Position numbers and translations under genes: made by a program. This document shows positions 52,068 through 62,665 of a stretch of DNA of 64,000 nt, in pieces. The DNA is from Deinococcota bacterium (lineage in GTDB: Bacteria > Deinococcota > Deinococci > Deinococcales > Thermaceae). The notes beneath the pieces are model-generated. The model was not told the origin of the DNA. It worked only from the letters and a program-made list of their open reading frames with translations, and made no database searches. Position 1 is the stretch's first letter; each line of letters opens with the position of its first letter. The stretch covers positions 32,001 through 96,000 of the forward strand of contig JBGFRI010000015.1 in NCBI GenBank assembly GCA_041695225.1. Reading direction: 5' to 3'.

Positions 52068-53123
52068 CTAGAGCTTGACGAAAGGAGTCTCGACCACCGT
52101 CGCAGCCACCAGCCGACCCCGAATTTCCACTTCCAGCACAGTTCCAACCTCGGTCAGACCGGCCTCGACATAAGCCATGCCGATGCCCTTCTTGAGAATG
52201 GGGGACTGGGTTCCGGAGGTCAGCAGGCCCACTTCGCGGCCCTCCTTCAAGAGCCGGTAGCCCTCGCGGGGAATGCCGCCCTCCACCAGGACCCCCACCA
52301 GCCTGCGCTCGCAGGGGGCGGCCAGAAGAGCCTGCTTTCCGTGAAATTCTTTGTAGCTCTTGACCACCCAGGCAAAGGGGGTACACAGGGGGCTGGTCTG
52401 GTCGGTTAGTTCGTGGCCGTAGAGCGGAAAACCGGCCTCGAGCCTGAGCGTATCTCGCGCGCCCAGTCCACAGGGGGTTACATCGGCTTCCAGTAGTGCA
52501 TCCCAGACATCCCTGGCCTCATCGGGAGCCACAAACACCTCGTAGCCATCCTCCCCGGTGTAGCCGGTACGGGCAAAGCGCGCCCATTTACCCAGTACCT
52601 TGCCCATAAAGGTGTCGTTCTTTTTGCGCGAGCCAAGGTCGGTATTGCTGAGCTTCTGCAAAACCGCCACTGCCCTGGGGCCCTGCACCGCAATTAAAGC
52701 AAAGAAGTCGGAGGCGTTTTCGAGCCTTACCGCAAACCCCGGTGTCAGGCTATTCAGGTGCACCCAGGCTTTCTCGATATTGGCAGCATTCACCACCATC
52801 AAGTACTCGCTCTCCGCAGTGCGGTAAATGTAGATATCGTCTACCAGTCCGCCCTGTTCATTGGGCAGCATCGAGTACTGGGCACGCCCCACTTTGAGCT
52901 TGGAGACATCGTTTAGGGTGGCAAATTGCAGGAACTTGAGCGCCTCCGGCCCGCGTACCCAGAACTCCCCCATATGGCTCACGTCGAACATCCCCACCAG
53001 CCCCCGGACCGCCAGGTGCTCAGAGGTAATGGAGGTGTACTGGATGGGCATCTGGTAGCCCGCAAAAGGCGCCATTCTGGCCCCCAGGGCCAGATGGGCT
53101 TGATAAAGTGGGGTGGTTTTCAT
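52068..53123 (-). CDS. gcvT: Glycine cleavage system aminomethyltransferase T
   Basis: TPLY..H, FAGY.MP.QY, FDVSHMG, RTGYTGEDG.E, GLGARDTLRLEAG. Confidence 0.97.
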   Translation of the reverse strand: MKTTPLYQAHLALGARMAPFAGYQMPIQYTSITSEHLAVRGLVGMFDVSHMGEFWVRGPEALKFLQFATLNDVSKLKVGRAQYSMLPNEQGGLVDDIYIYRTAESEYLMVVNAANIEKAWVHLNSLTPGFAVRLENASDFFALIAVQGPRAVAVLQKLSNTDLGSRKKNDTFMGKVLGKWARFARTGYTGEDGYEVFVAPDEARDVWDALLEADVTPCGLGARDTLRLEAGFPLYGHELTDQTSPLCTPFAWVVKSYKEFHGKQALLAAPCERRLVGVLVEGGIPREGYRLLKEGREVGLLTSGTQSPILKKGIGMAYVEAGLTEVGTVLEVEIRGRLVAATVVETPFVKL

Positions 53124-53240
53124 GCACCCACAGCATACCAATCCCCGGGTGGTGAGCTGAAGGTAAAACACCGAATCTTATTACTCTGTGCTATGTGGCG
53201 CAGGAGCCCCTACAAGGCGGTCGGCCGCGCATTGCTGGAT

Positions 53241-53326
53241 TATGGTCTATGGTCTATAGTCTATGGTCGATAAGGACTAAACAACTAAACACGCGGCTAT
53301 CGGCCATTGACCATTGACTATCGACA
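53241..53326. repeat. Heptamer array (GTCTATG ... CATTGAC variant)
   Basis: GTCTATG GTCTATA GTCTATG GTCGATA ... GCTATCG GCCATTG ACCATTG ACTATCG. Confidence 0.8.
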
Positions 53327-53439
53327 TCTGACTAAAAACCATCCGCTAGCGACAAAAACATCGTAGAGGTATCTTGACAACGTGGAGCAAAGGTCTATCG
53401 GATTTAGCAGATGTCGAGGGCCGAGCGCTCGAGTTCTAG

Positions 53440-54027
53440 CTAACCGGCCGCAACCCGCAGCAGCACTTGTCGGCTCACAGCCTTAAGAGTCTCAAAGACC
53501 CCTGTGCCTCTGGTGGCAACGGCCTCGAAGATGGGCAGGCGCATATTGGGGTCAATTACGGCTTGAATCATCTCTAGGGGCAGTGCCTCGGGGTTATCGC
53601 GTTTGTTAGCCTGGAGCACAATAGGAATGTCATCAACCTTGATGCCATACTCGGCCAGGTTTTCGCGCAGGTTGCGCATGGACTCGGCATTGGCCCGCAG
53701 GCGGTTGGGGGCCGAATCAGCTACAAACACCAGCCCATCCACCCCCCGCAGGATCAGCTTGCGGGAGGCGTTGTAGAAGACCTGGCCCGGCACGGTATAG
53801 AGGTGAAAGCGGGTTTTGAAACCCTTAACCTCGCCCAGGTCTACCGGCAAGAAGTCGAAAAACAGGGTGCGCTCGTCCTCGGTGGCCAGCGAGACCATCT
53901 CTCCTTTGCGGTTTTGCGGCACCTGCTGGAAAACCCAGCGCAGGTTGGTTGTCTTGCCGGACATGCCGGGGCCGTAGTAGACGATTTTGAAATTGATCTC
54001 CCTGGCGGCAAAGTTTATAGTGCTCAT
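53440..54027 (-). CDS. mglA: Ras-like GTPase MglA
   Basis: [36 protein letters not shown]. Confidence 0.95.
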   Translation of the reverse strand: MSTINFAAREINFKIVYYGPGMSGKTTNLRWVFQQVPQNRKGEMVSLATEDERTLFFDFLPVDLGEVKGFKTRFHLYTVPGQVFYNASRKLILRGVDGLVFVADSAPNRLRANAESMRNLRENLAEYGIKVDDIPIVLQANKRDNPEALPLEMIQAVIDPNMRLPIFEAVATRGTGVFETLKAVSRQVLLRVAAG

Positions 54028-54029
54028 AT

Positions 54030-54521
54030 TTAGTTTCCAAATAGCTCATCCAGAAGAGCGGTGGCACCATCCCGATACTCGCTGTCAATCCCAAAGGTTC
54101 CAGTACTCACCACCGAGTCTTTGGTGATGACCTCGAGGGACTGTACTGCACGCTTTCCGTATAACTTGACCCGACCAACCGGCGCAGAGTTATCGAAGAT
54201 GATGACCAGCAAGGCCAGATCTCCCACCTCTTCGGCATACATCCCATAGGTTGAGCCCTGGAGTAACAGCTCACTGAAGCGCAGCTCGCCAAGCATCCTG
54301 GCCAGTGCTTGTGTAGCCGCCGCGTTTCCTGCGACCAGCGTGGCGAGAGAGTCCAGGGCAAAGGGCCGGGGAGCCCACAGCGCCTCCCGATGAGCCAGCA
54401 CAAACCCTTTGCGATCGAGCAGCAGGACAAACCGGGCCCCGCTCTGGTGTAACAACTCCTCGAGGACCTGCGAGGCTTTCTGGTAAGCGCCCCCAAAGAG
54501 TGTTATTGCTGGCTCGACCAT
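54030..54521 (-). CDS. mglB: Roadblock/LC7 GAP MglB
   Basis: [35 protein letters not shown]; adjacent to mglA. Confidence 0.92.
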   Translation of the reverse strand: MVEPAITLFGGAYQKASQVLEELLHQSGARFVLLLDRKGFVLAHREALWAPRPFALDSLATLVAGNAAATQALARMLGELRFSELLLQGSTYGMYAEEVGDLALLVIIFDNSAPVGRVKLYGKRAVQSLEVITKDSVVSTGTFGIDSEYRDGATALLDELFGN

Positions 54522-54538
54522 AGTAGGCTAAGTCTAAC

Positions 54539-55876
54539 ATGAGCACCCTACCTGCCCCTGTGATGAATTACGCCAAAGACACGCTGGCCCGCCTGGTCGC
54601 CCTGCCCACGGTTTCTGCGGAAAACCGGGCCATCCCCCAGACTGCAGCGCTGGTGAAAGAGCTGCTTCAGGAGCTGGGCCTGAAGGCCGAAATACACCAC
54701 ACCGCCGGCGCCCCGGTGGTCTATGCCGAAGGAGGCCGGGATGGCCCAACCATGCTTTTTTACAACCACTACGACGTACAGCCCGCCGACCCGCTGGAAC
54801 TCTGGGAGTCTGACCCCTTTACCCTGACCGAGCGCGATGGCAGGCTCTATGGGCGCGGGGCCAACGACGACAAGGGTGAAATTGTGGCCCGGCTGGCAGC
54901 CCTGCGCTGGCTTAAGGACGAGCACGGGCACATCCCCTTCCGGGTTAAGTTCGTGATCGAGGGCGAGGAGGAAATCGGCAGCCCTAACCTCGAGCACTAC
55001 GTCGAGGAGCACCGCGACCGCCTTCAGGCCGACGCGGCGATCTGGGAGGCCGGGGGTGTGGACACAGCAGGGCGGCCGGTGGTTTACTGCGGCCTAAAGG
55101 GCATTGTGGGGCTGGAGCTGCGCTGCAAGACCGCTGCCTACGACCTGCACAGCAGCCTGGGGGCCATCGTGCAAAACCCCCTGTACCGTCTGGCTGCCGC
55201 TGTGGCCAGCCTGCGCGATCAGGACGGGAAAGTGCTGGTAAAAGGTTTCTACGACCAGGTTCGCCCCCTTACCCAGCTGGAAGAAGAAGCCCTGAGCCGC
55301 ATCCCCGATGAATCGGAGGCCCTGAAGAAGGAGTATGGCCTTGCTGGCTTTCTGGGTGGGGTGAGCGGCCCCGCCCTCTACAAAAAGTACCTGGCCGAGC
55401 CGGCCATCAACATCAACGGTATCCACGGTGGCTACGGCGGCCCCGGCTCCAAGACCGTGCTGCCTGCCGAAGGATTTGTGAAAATGGACATCCGGCTGGT
55501 GCCCAACCAGGAGCCGCGGCAGATTGTGGAGCTAGTGAAAGCCCACCTTTTGGATCGTGGCTTCGACGATATCGAGGTGATCGCACTGGAGTTTGGTGAG
55601 CGCCCAGCCCGCAGCGACCTGGCCTCCCCCTGGGTCAAAACCGCCCTGGAGGCCTGCCGCGAAGTCTACGGCCAGGAGCCTGTGCTCTGGCCCAACTTCG
55701 CAGGCTCGGGGCCCATGTACCCCTTCACCAATGTGATTGGTGCCCCAGTGCTGGGCCTGGGTATCGGCTACCCAGGCAGTAAAATTCACAGCCCAAACGA
55801 GCACATCGTCCTGCACCACTTCGAATCCGGAATTCGCGTCATTAAGCGGGCTATGGAGCGGTTTGCCGGACTTTAA
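54539..55876 (+). CDS. M20 family metallopeptidase (dipeptidase/ArgE/DapE)
   Basis: YNHYDVQP, GRGANDDKG, EGEEEIGS, DLHS, HSPNE. Confidence 0.92.
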   Translation: MSTLPAPVMNYAKDTLARLVALPTVSAENRAIPQTAALVKELLQELGLKAEIHHTAGAPVVYAEGGRDGPTMLFYNHYDVQPADPLELWESDPFTLTERDGRLYGRGANDDKGEIVARLAALRWLKDEHGHIPFRVKFVIEGEEEIGSPNLEHYVEEHRDRLQADAAIWEAGGVDTAGRPVVYCGLKGIVGLELRCKTAAYDLHSSLGAIVQNPLYRLAAAVASLRDQDGKVLVKGFYDQVRPLTQLEEEALSRIPDESEALKKEYGLAGFLGGVSGPALYKKYLAEPAININGIHGGYGGPGSKTVLPAEGFVKMDIRLVPNQEPRQIVELVKAHLLDRGFDDIEVIALEFGERPARSDLASPWVKTALEACREVYGQEPVLWPNFAGSGPMYPFTNVIGAPVLGLGIGYPGSKIHSPNEHIVLHHFESGIRVIKRAMERFAGL

Positions 55877-56127
55877 TCTCTTTCCTATGGCTCCCGGCTC
55901 CTCGCGGGCCGTGTAGCTTTCGAACGACACTGAAAATTGAATTGGAGCGAGTCTACTACCCAGAGAATGAAAAGGGTGACCTGCCCGGTTGCAGAGTTTG
56001 CAGTAATACGTGCCAGAAAGGTCCACCTTCCGCAGCGCGAAGGCCAAGACATGGCGCCTGTGCACAACGCCTGCCGTTAGTGTGTCCACCCAGGGTAAAG
56101 AGGTTTGCAGCTAAGTATGTGGCAGTG

Positions 56128-56280
56128 CTACCTCCTGGACCTGCGTCGCGCTATGACCACCAGAAGTCCACCCAGCACCACAAATAGCGCCCAGGCCGGG
56201 CTTCCTCCCCAGGCCAGGAGCAGACCAGCAGCTATACTGATACTGCCTAGCAGGTTGAAAATCGGTCTCGTATTCTTCAA
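56128..56280 (-). CDS. Putative 50-aa two-TM small protein MKNTRPIFNLLGSISIAAGLLLAWGGSPAWALFVVLGGLLVVIARRRSRR
   Basis: GAGG SD 6 nt before TTG; two hydrophobic helices and a basic tail; not in the ORF track. Confidence 0.5.
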   Translation of the reverse strand: MKNTRPIFNLLGSISIAAGLLLAWGGSPAWALFVVLGGLLVVIARRRSRR

Positions 56281-56536
56281 AAATTACCTCGGTATGGACC
56301 TACGCAGATAGCATAATCCTGCCGTCATTCTAGGGGTCGCGTAACCAGATTACTAAATGTCGCCCAGCTTGTGGACTGGTGGAAAGTCAAAGCACAGGTC
56401 ATACTTTGAAATCCAGGTATCTTTGGGCCGGCCTGCGACCTGGGACCAGCGACATGTGACATTTGTACGCACTGAATGAAACAACATTGTTCCGTTATGT
56501 CTTGACTTAAATGACTTTATGCTATATACATATTCC

Positions 56537-56659
56537 ATGGCACTGAAACGCGTTTCTCCTAATAGAACTGCTGCCCGCAACTTACTGCTAGATATTCTTA
56601 CCGGCGCTATCGCGGCCGGGTTGCTGGTTATGTTTGCCATGCTGACGCCAACCACTTGA
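56537..56659 (+). CDS. Putative 40-aa single-TM small protein MALKRVSPNRTAARNLLLDILTGAIAAGLLVMFAMLTPTT
   Basis: TTGACT (56502) plus an AT-rich -10-like region upstream; basic N-terminus then hydrophobic helix; hairpin downstream. Confidence 0.4.
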   Translation: MALKRVSPNRTAARNLLLDILTGAIAAGLLVMFAMLTPTT

Positions 56660-57023
56660 GCCCTAGGTATCCAGATCAAATCCGCCGCTGCCTGTCCACC
56701 GCCGGATTGATTTTGCCTAGAGCAAAGCTAGCATTGGCGTAGAATTGACCTGTGTACGAAAGACTCAAAGCTTCGGTGGTTGATGCCCTGGTCTCTAGCA
56801 TTAATGGGGCAGTTGTTTACGATCTGGTGCTTCACACCTGCAATTCGGCGCGTGGTCTGCGTCTTCAGGGTACTCTTCTAAAGCCCTGCACCAAGGGCAG
56901 GTGGGCATTGACAGGCCAGGCTCAATTTGGGGAAGGCAAACTATGTACGGCTGTTCTTGGAGCGTCGAGGTCAAATGGTGGATCGTTGAAGATTACTGCA
57001 TCACCAGAGCCAACTAAACACAT

Positions 57024-57044
57024 CTTGAGTAAGGTATACTCAAG
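57024..57044 (+). promoter_or_regulatory. HAIR operator (HspR binding site) upstream of lon
   Basis: CTTGAGT-AAGGTAT-ACTCAAG is an exact match to CTTGAGT-N7-ACTCAAG. Confidence 0.85.
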
Positions 57045-57166
57045 TAGCCTAAGTGTAAGATTTGACCCTATCCGGGCCCGGTCAGGGAATAAAATCGAGA
57101 ATATATCGCTCCCATCCCGCCGAGCGAGCGACGAACCCCAGGCGGACCTTAGGAGATAAATACCAT

Positions 57167-59548
<2,382 letters not shown>

Positions 59549-59662
59549 CAAACCCACCCGGCCGCCCTGGGCCAGCCGTGCTACGATGGGGTTAATCTGG
59601 TCTTGCCTTGACCAAACCGACAGTCTACCCAGGCCTGGTTATAATGCCGCTGGGTAGGAGCG

Positions 59663-60106
59663 TTGGTTTGTGATGCAGGCTATTACTTGGTGAGTATGCA
59701 GGTAGATCTGGTAGCAAAACCCTGTCGCCGTACTGTACTATTGGGGGACACCCGCAGCAGAGCACTTACCAGCACTCCCGGTTCCTCCCAAAGCACCTCC
59801 TGGCTCGAGCCCAGCTTTGCCAAGACCATTGCGGCCAGATTTATCGCCAGGGGTCGGTGGGATGCCTTGCAAAACGGCGCAGGGCTGCCCACCAATCTGC
59901 TCAGATCGTTCCTTAGCCCACTCAAACCTCTGGTGAGATCTGATTGCAGCCAGCGTTCATACCCGCGAGTCCGCGACAAACACCTGGCCCTGACCGGTAT
60001 GGTTAGCGTGGAAAATAGGATGCCCAGACTAACATTACGGGTACTCGAGGCCAGACCGGACGGCCAGATCTGGGGCCGCTTTGGTTTTTGTTTTCAGGTG
60101 AGGTAA
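59663..60106 (+). CDS. Hypothetical ORF (uncertain)
   Basis: Fills the gap between a TATAAT-type promoter (59640) and the downstream glycosyltransferase; no recognisable motif. Confidence 0.25.
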   Translation: MVCDAGYYLVSMQVDLVAKPCRRTVLLGDTRSRALTSTPGSSQSTSWLEPSFAKTIAARFIARGRWDALQNGAGLPTNLLRSFLSPLKPLVRSDCSQRSYPRVRDKHLALTGMVSVENRMPRLTLRVLEARPDGQIWGRFGFCFQVR

Positions 60107-60112
60107 GGGGCC

Positions 60113-60862
60113 GTGCAGCGCGTAGAGATTCTGGGGACCCCGGTAGATCTGGTAAGCCTCGAGCAGACCCTGGCCTGGATTGAGGAAACCATTTCCCAGC
60201 CCCAGTCCCAGTGCAGACAGATCATCACCACCAACCCCGAGGCGGTGGTGCGGGCCCAGACCGATCCTGCTCTGAAAAAAGCTCTGCTGGAGTGCGAGCT
60301 CATCACCGCAGATGGGGTGGGTATTGTCTGGGCTGTGGGCCAGCTTACCGGCCACAAGCTCTCAGAGCGTGTGCCAGGGGCCGAAATCCTGCCCGCCGCC
60401 TTTGAGCGCTTTGGTTCACGGCTTAAGGTCTACTTTCTGGGGGCCGCCCCCGGAGTGGCCCAGCGGGCAGCCCAGGCGGCCAGGGCGCGCTGGAATATCC
60501 AGGTTTGCGGGTTTCAGGACGGCTATTTCCAGGACGAAGTCGCGGTGGTCGCGGCCATCCATCAAACCCAGCCCGACCTGCTAGTAGTAGGCATGGGTGA
60601 GGGCCAGGACACCTTCATTCACCGCAACAAAGCCCGGCTTGGGGCCAAACTTGCCATCGGGGTGGGCGGCATGATTGATGTGCTGGCTGGTGAGGTCAAG
60701 CGGGCTCCGGTCTGGGCACGGCGGCTCAGGATCGAATGGCTGGTGCGTATTGCCAGCGACCGCAGGCGTTGGGGCCGGTTTCCGCGGTTGCTTCAGTTCG
60801 TGCGCCTGGTCTGGGTGAGCAAGCGGCAGCAGCCTTTTAGCCATGTGCGACGAACCAAATGA
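60113..60862 (+). CDS. WecB/TagA/CpsF family glycosyltransferase
   Basis: T.NPE, ADG.G.VWA, ERVPG, GYF, GVGG..DV.AG.VKRAP, EWL.R. Confidence 0.92.
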   Translation: MQRVEILGTPVDLVSLEQTLAWIEETISQPQSQCRQIITTNPEAVVRAQTDPALKKALLECELITADGVGIVWAVGQLTGHKLSERVPGAEILPAAFERFGSRLKVYFLGAAPGVAQRAAQAARARWNIQVCGFQDGYFQDEVAVVAAIHQTQPDLLVVGMGEGQDTFIHRNKARLGAKLAIGVGGMIDVLAGEVKRAPVWARRLRIEWLVRIASDRRRWGRFPRLLQFVRLVWVSKRQQPFSHVRRTK

Positions 60863-60874
60863 GCTATCTGCCCT

Positions 60875-61675
60875 ATGACCGACACCCACTGCCATCTCGA
60901 TTTCATGGAACCCGGCGAAACCCAGGCCGCTATTGAGGCCTCGAGGGATTTCAGGGCCATCCTGACCATCGGGACCAACCCGGCACGCAACCGTAAAGCC
61001 CTGGCCATTGCCGAGGCCAACCCCCATATCTGGGCAGCGGTGGGGCTTCATCCAACAGAGGCCCATCTGCTTTCGCCAGAGCTCGAGGCCGATCTACGCT
61101 GTCTGGCCACGCATCCCAGGGTGTGTGCCATTGGCGAGACTGGGCTGGACCTGTACTGGAGGCCAGATACCCACGAGGCACAGTACCAGTCGCTGGACTT
61201 CCAGTACCATCTGGCCAAGTCGCTGGGCCTGCCCCTTATCCTGCATGTTCGTAGCAAGGTAAAGGACCGGGCCGAGGTTGAACTTGCCGATTGGATAATG
61301 CAGAAAAAGCCTTCCAGGTTCGTGCTGCACGCCTTTGGTGGCCATGCAAAACTGCTGGAGGTTGGGCTCACGCTCGGCGCTTATTTTGGTTTTGCGGGGC
61401 CACTCACCTACAAGAAGAATAACAGTTTGCGCGACGCCGCCAGAAAAATTCCGCTGAGCCAGCTCCTAGTCGAGACCGACGCACCCTTTCTGCCCCCCGA
61501 GCCATACCGGGGCAGACGCAACCACCCCGCACTGGCCAGGTATACCCTATCCAGGCTGGCCGAGATTCGCGGCATGGATGTAGAAAAAATGGAAAGTATC
61601 ACCGACCAGAATGCTCAGGCGTGTTTTGGCTTCTGGACGGATGCCTCAACTGCGGTGGCAGGAGGTAAGCTATAG
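60875..61675 (+). CDS. tatD: TatD family DNase
   Basis: DTHCHL, GLHP, IGETGLD, LHVR, HAF, ETDAPFL. Confidence 0.92.
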   Translation: MTDTHCHLDFMEPGETQAAIEASRDFRAILTIGTNPARNRKALAIAEANPHIWAAVGLHPTEAHLLSPELEADLRCLATHPRVCAIGETGLDLYWRPDTHEAQYQSLDFQYHLAKSLGLPLILHVRSKVKDRAEVELADWIMQKKPSRFVLHAFGGHAKLLEVGLTLGAYFGFAGPLTYKKNNSLRDAARKIPLSQLLVETDAPFLPPEPYRGRRNHPALARYTLSRLAEIRGMDVEKMESITDQNAQACFGFWTDASTAVAGGKL

Positions 61676-61677
61676 CT

Positions 61678-62100
61678 ATGCAGTGTCAGTCCTTTGTGCT
61701 TCGGCTAGAGCATCCCAAAGACCTCGAGAAGCTCAACCAGTTTTTGGCTCAGGTAATGCCAATCCAGGTGTCCAGCAGCCTGGTGGCGGGCAATCCGCCT
61801 TTCTGGAGTGTGCTGGTCTTTTACGAGGGCCAGGCTCAGACGGTCTCCAAGACCAGCCCATCCGCAAAACCCGCCGAGCCCCCCAGCAGCCCGGCCTTTG
61901 AAGCGCTGCGCAAATGGCGCAGCCAGAAAGCCAAGGAAGAGGGCGTACCCCCCTACGTTATCGCCACTAATGCCGAACTACAGGCCATTCTGGACAGTAA
62001 ACCCCAGACCCCGGAGGAGCTAGGCCAGGTCAAAGGCTTCAGCAAGGCCAAGGCCAGCAAGTATGGTAGTGAAATCGTGCAGCTCCTGAGCAAGACTTAG
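61678..62100 (+). CDS. Stand-alone HRDC domain protein
   Basis: FEALRKWR..AKEEGVPPYVIATN.EL...P...EL..VKG...K..KYG HRDC signature. Confidence 0.85.
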   Translation: MQCQSFVLRLEHPKDLEKLNQFLAQVMPIQVSSSLVAGNPPFWSVLVFYEGQAQTVSKTSPSAKPAEPPSSPAFEALRKWRSQKAKEEGVPPYVIATNAELQAILDSKPQTPEELGQVKGFSKAKASKYGSEIVQLLSKT

Positions 62101-62290
62101 TGCTGCATCAAGCATAGTAGTCCGTGAGGGGGTTCCCCACTACTGGCCCGGGGCAGACTCCAGGCGGGAAGCAACCCATAGCAGCCCGTCGCTCAGGTTG
62201 CGTTTTTAGGCGTTCTGGATTGCGGCGTCGGCACAAAGGCCTCCTCGCAATGAACCTGGTCTGTCAAGTAGATCAGCTGCTCGCCAGATG

Positions 62291-62373
62291 ATCCCCCCGG
62301 CCTACGGCCTTCCCCTTAGTAAGGGGAGGTGCGAAGGGACTAGGCCCCCCTGAATAAGGGGGGTTGGGGGGAT
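62291..62373. repeat. REP/MITE-like palindromic element
   Basis: Terminal inverted repeat ATCCCCCC...GGGGGGAT enclosing CCCCTTAGTAAGGGG and CCCCCCTGAATAAGGGGGG. Confidence 0.7.
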
Positions 62374-62515
62374 TTAGCAGTACACCGCCCACTGACTGAC
62401 TTTATGAACATACGCCCTAGCGCAGTGGCTGCACATTCACCAACCCTTCAAGCTGAAGATAGTGGTGGGCGGTGCGTAGGTCTCATCTACCCCTTTAGCC
62501 CAAAACCGCTGTGGC

Positions 62516-62544
62516 TTGACCAAGTGAGATCTGGCACGTAAGAT
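62516..62544 (+). promoter_or_regulatory. sigmaA promoter of the aspS2 leader
   Basis: TTGACC-17 bp-TAAGAT. Confidence 0.75.
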
Positions 62545-62554
62545 GCTGGGCAAG

Positions 62555-62581
62555 ATGTTGCGGACGGACGATAATTCCTAA
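62555..62581 (+). CDS. Putative attenuator leader peptide MLRTDDNS
   Basis: ATG TTG CGG ACG GAC GAT AAT TCC TAA, starting 10 nt after the -10 box; Asp-Asp-Asn codons precede an Asp/Asn synthetase. Confidence 0.65.
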   Translation: MLRTDDNS

Positions 62582-62598
62582 AAGGGGCGAGACTTCGA

Positions 62599-62632
62599 CC
62601 CCGATACCTGGTCGTATCGGGGGGTTTTTGTT
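62599..62632 (+). terminator. Attenuator terminator upstream of aspS2
   Basis: CCCCGATAC-CTGGTC-GTATCGGGG followed by GGTTTTTGTT. Confidence 0.8.
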
Positions 62633-62665
62633 GAGCCCGCGCCGCCGAACGTTTTGGGAGAGAGC

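Noticed and set aside
56495..56510. RDRM (DdrO)-like TTATGTCTTGACTTAA
   Set aside because: 16 bp rather than the 17-bp palindrome and not upstream of a repair gene
56353..57159. ORFs 56353-56679(-) and 56752-57159(+)
   Set aside because: Atypical composition and no SD; they overlap the likelier small TM ORF and the lon promoter/HAIR
62100..62290. DGR template repeat downstream of the HRDC gene
   Set aside because: No AAC-rich template-like sequence, no matching variable repeat and no reverse transcriptase in the window
62400..62665. T-box riboswitch upstream of aspS2
   Set aside because: No TGGNACC T-box motif or stem I found; promoter-to-terminator distance is too short; the leader-peptide model fits better
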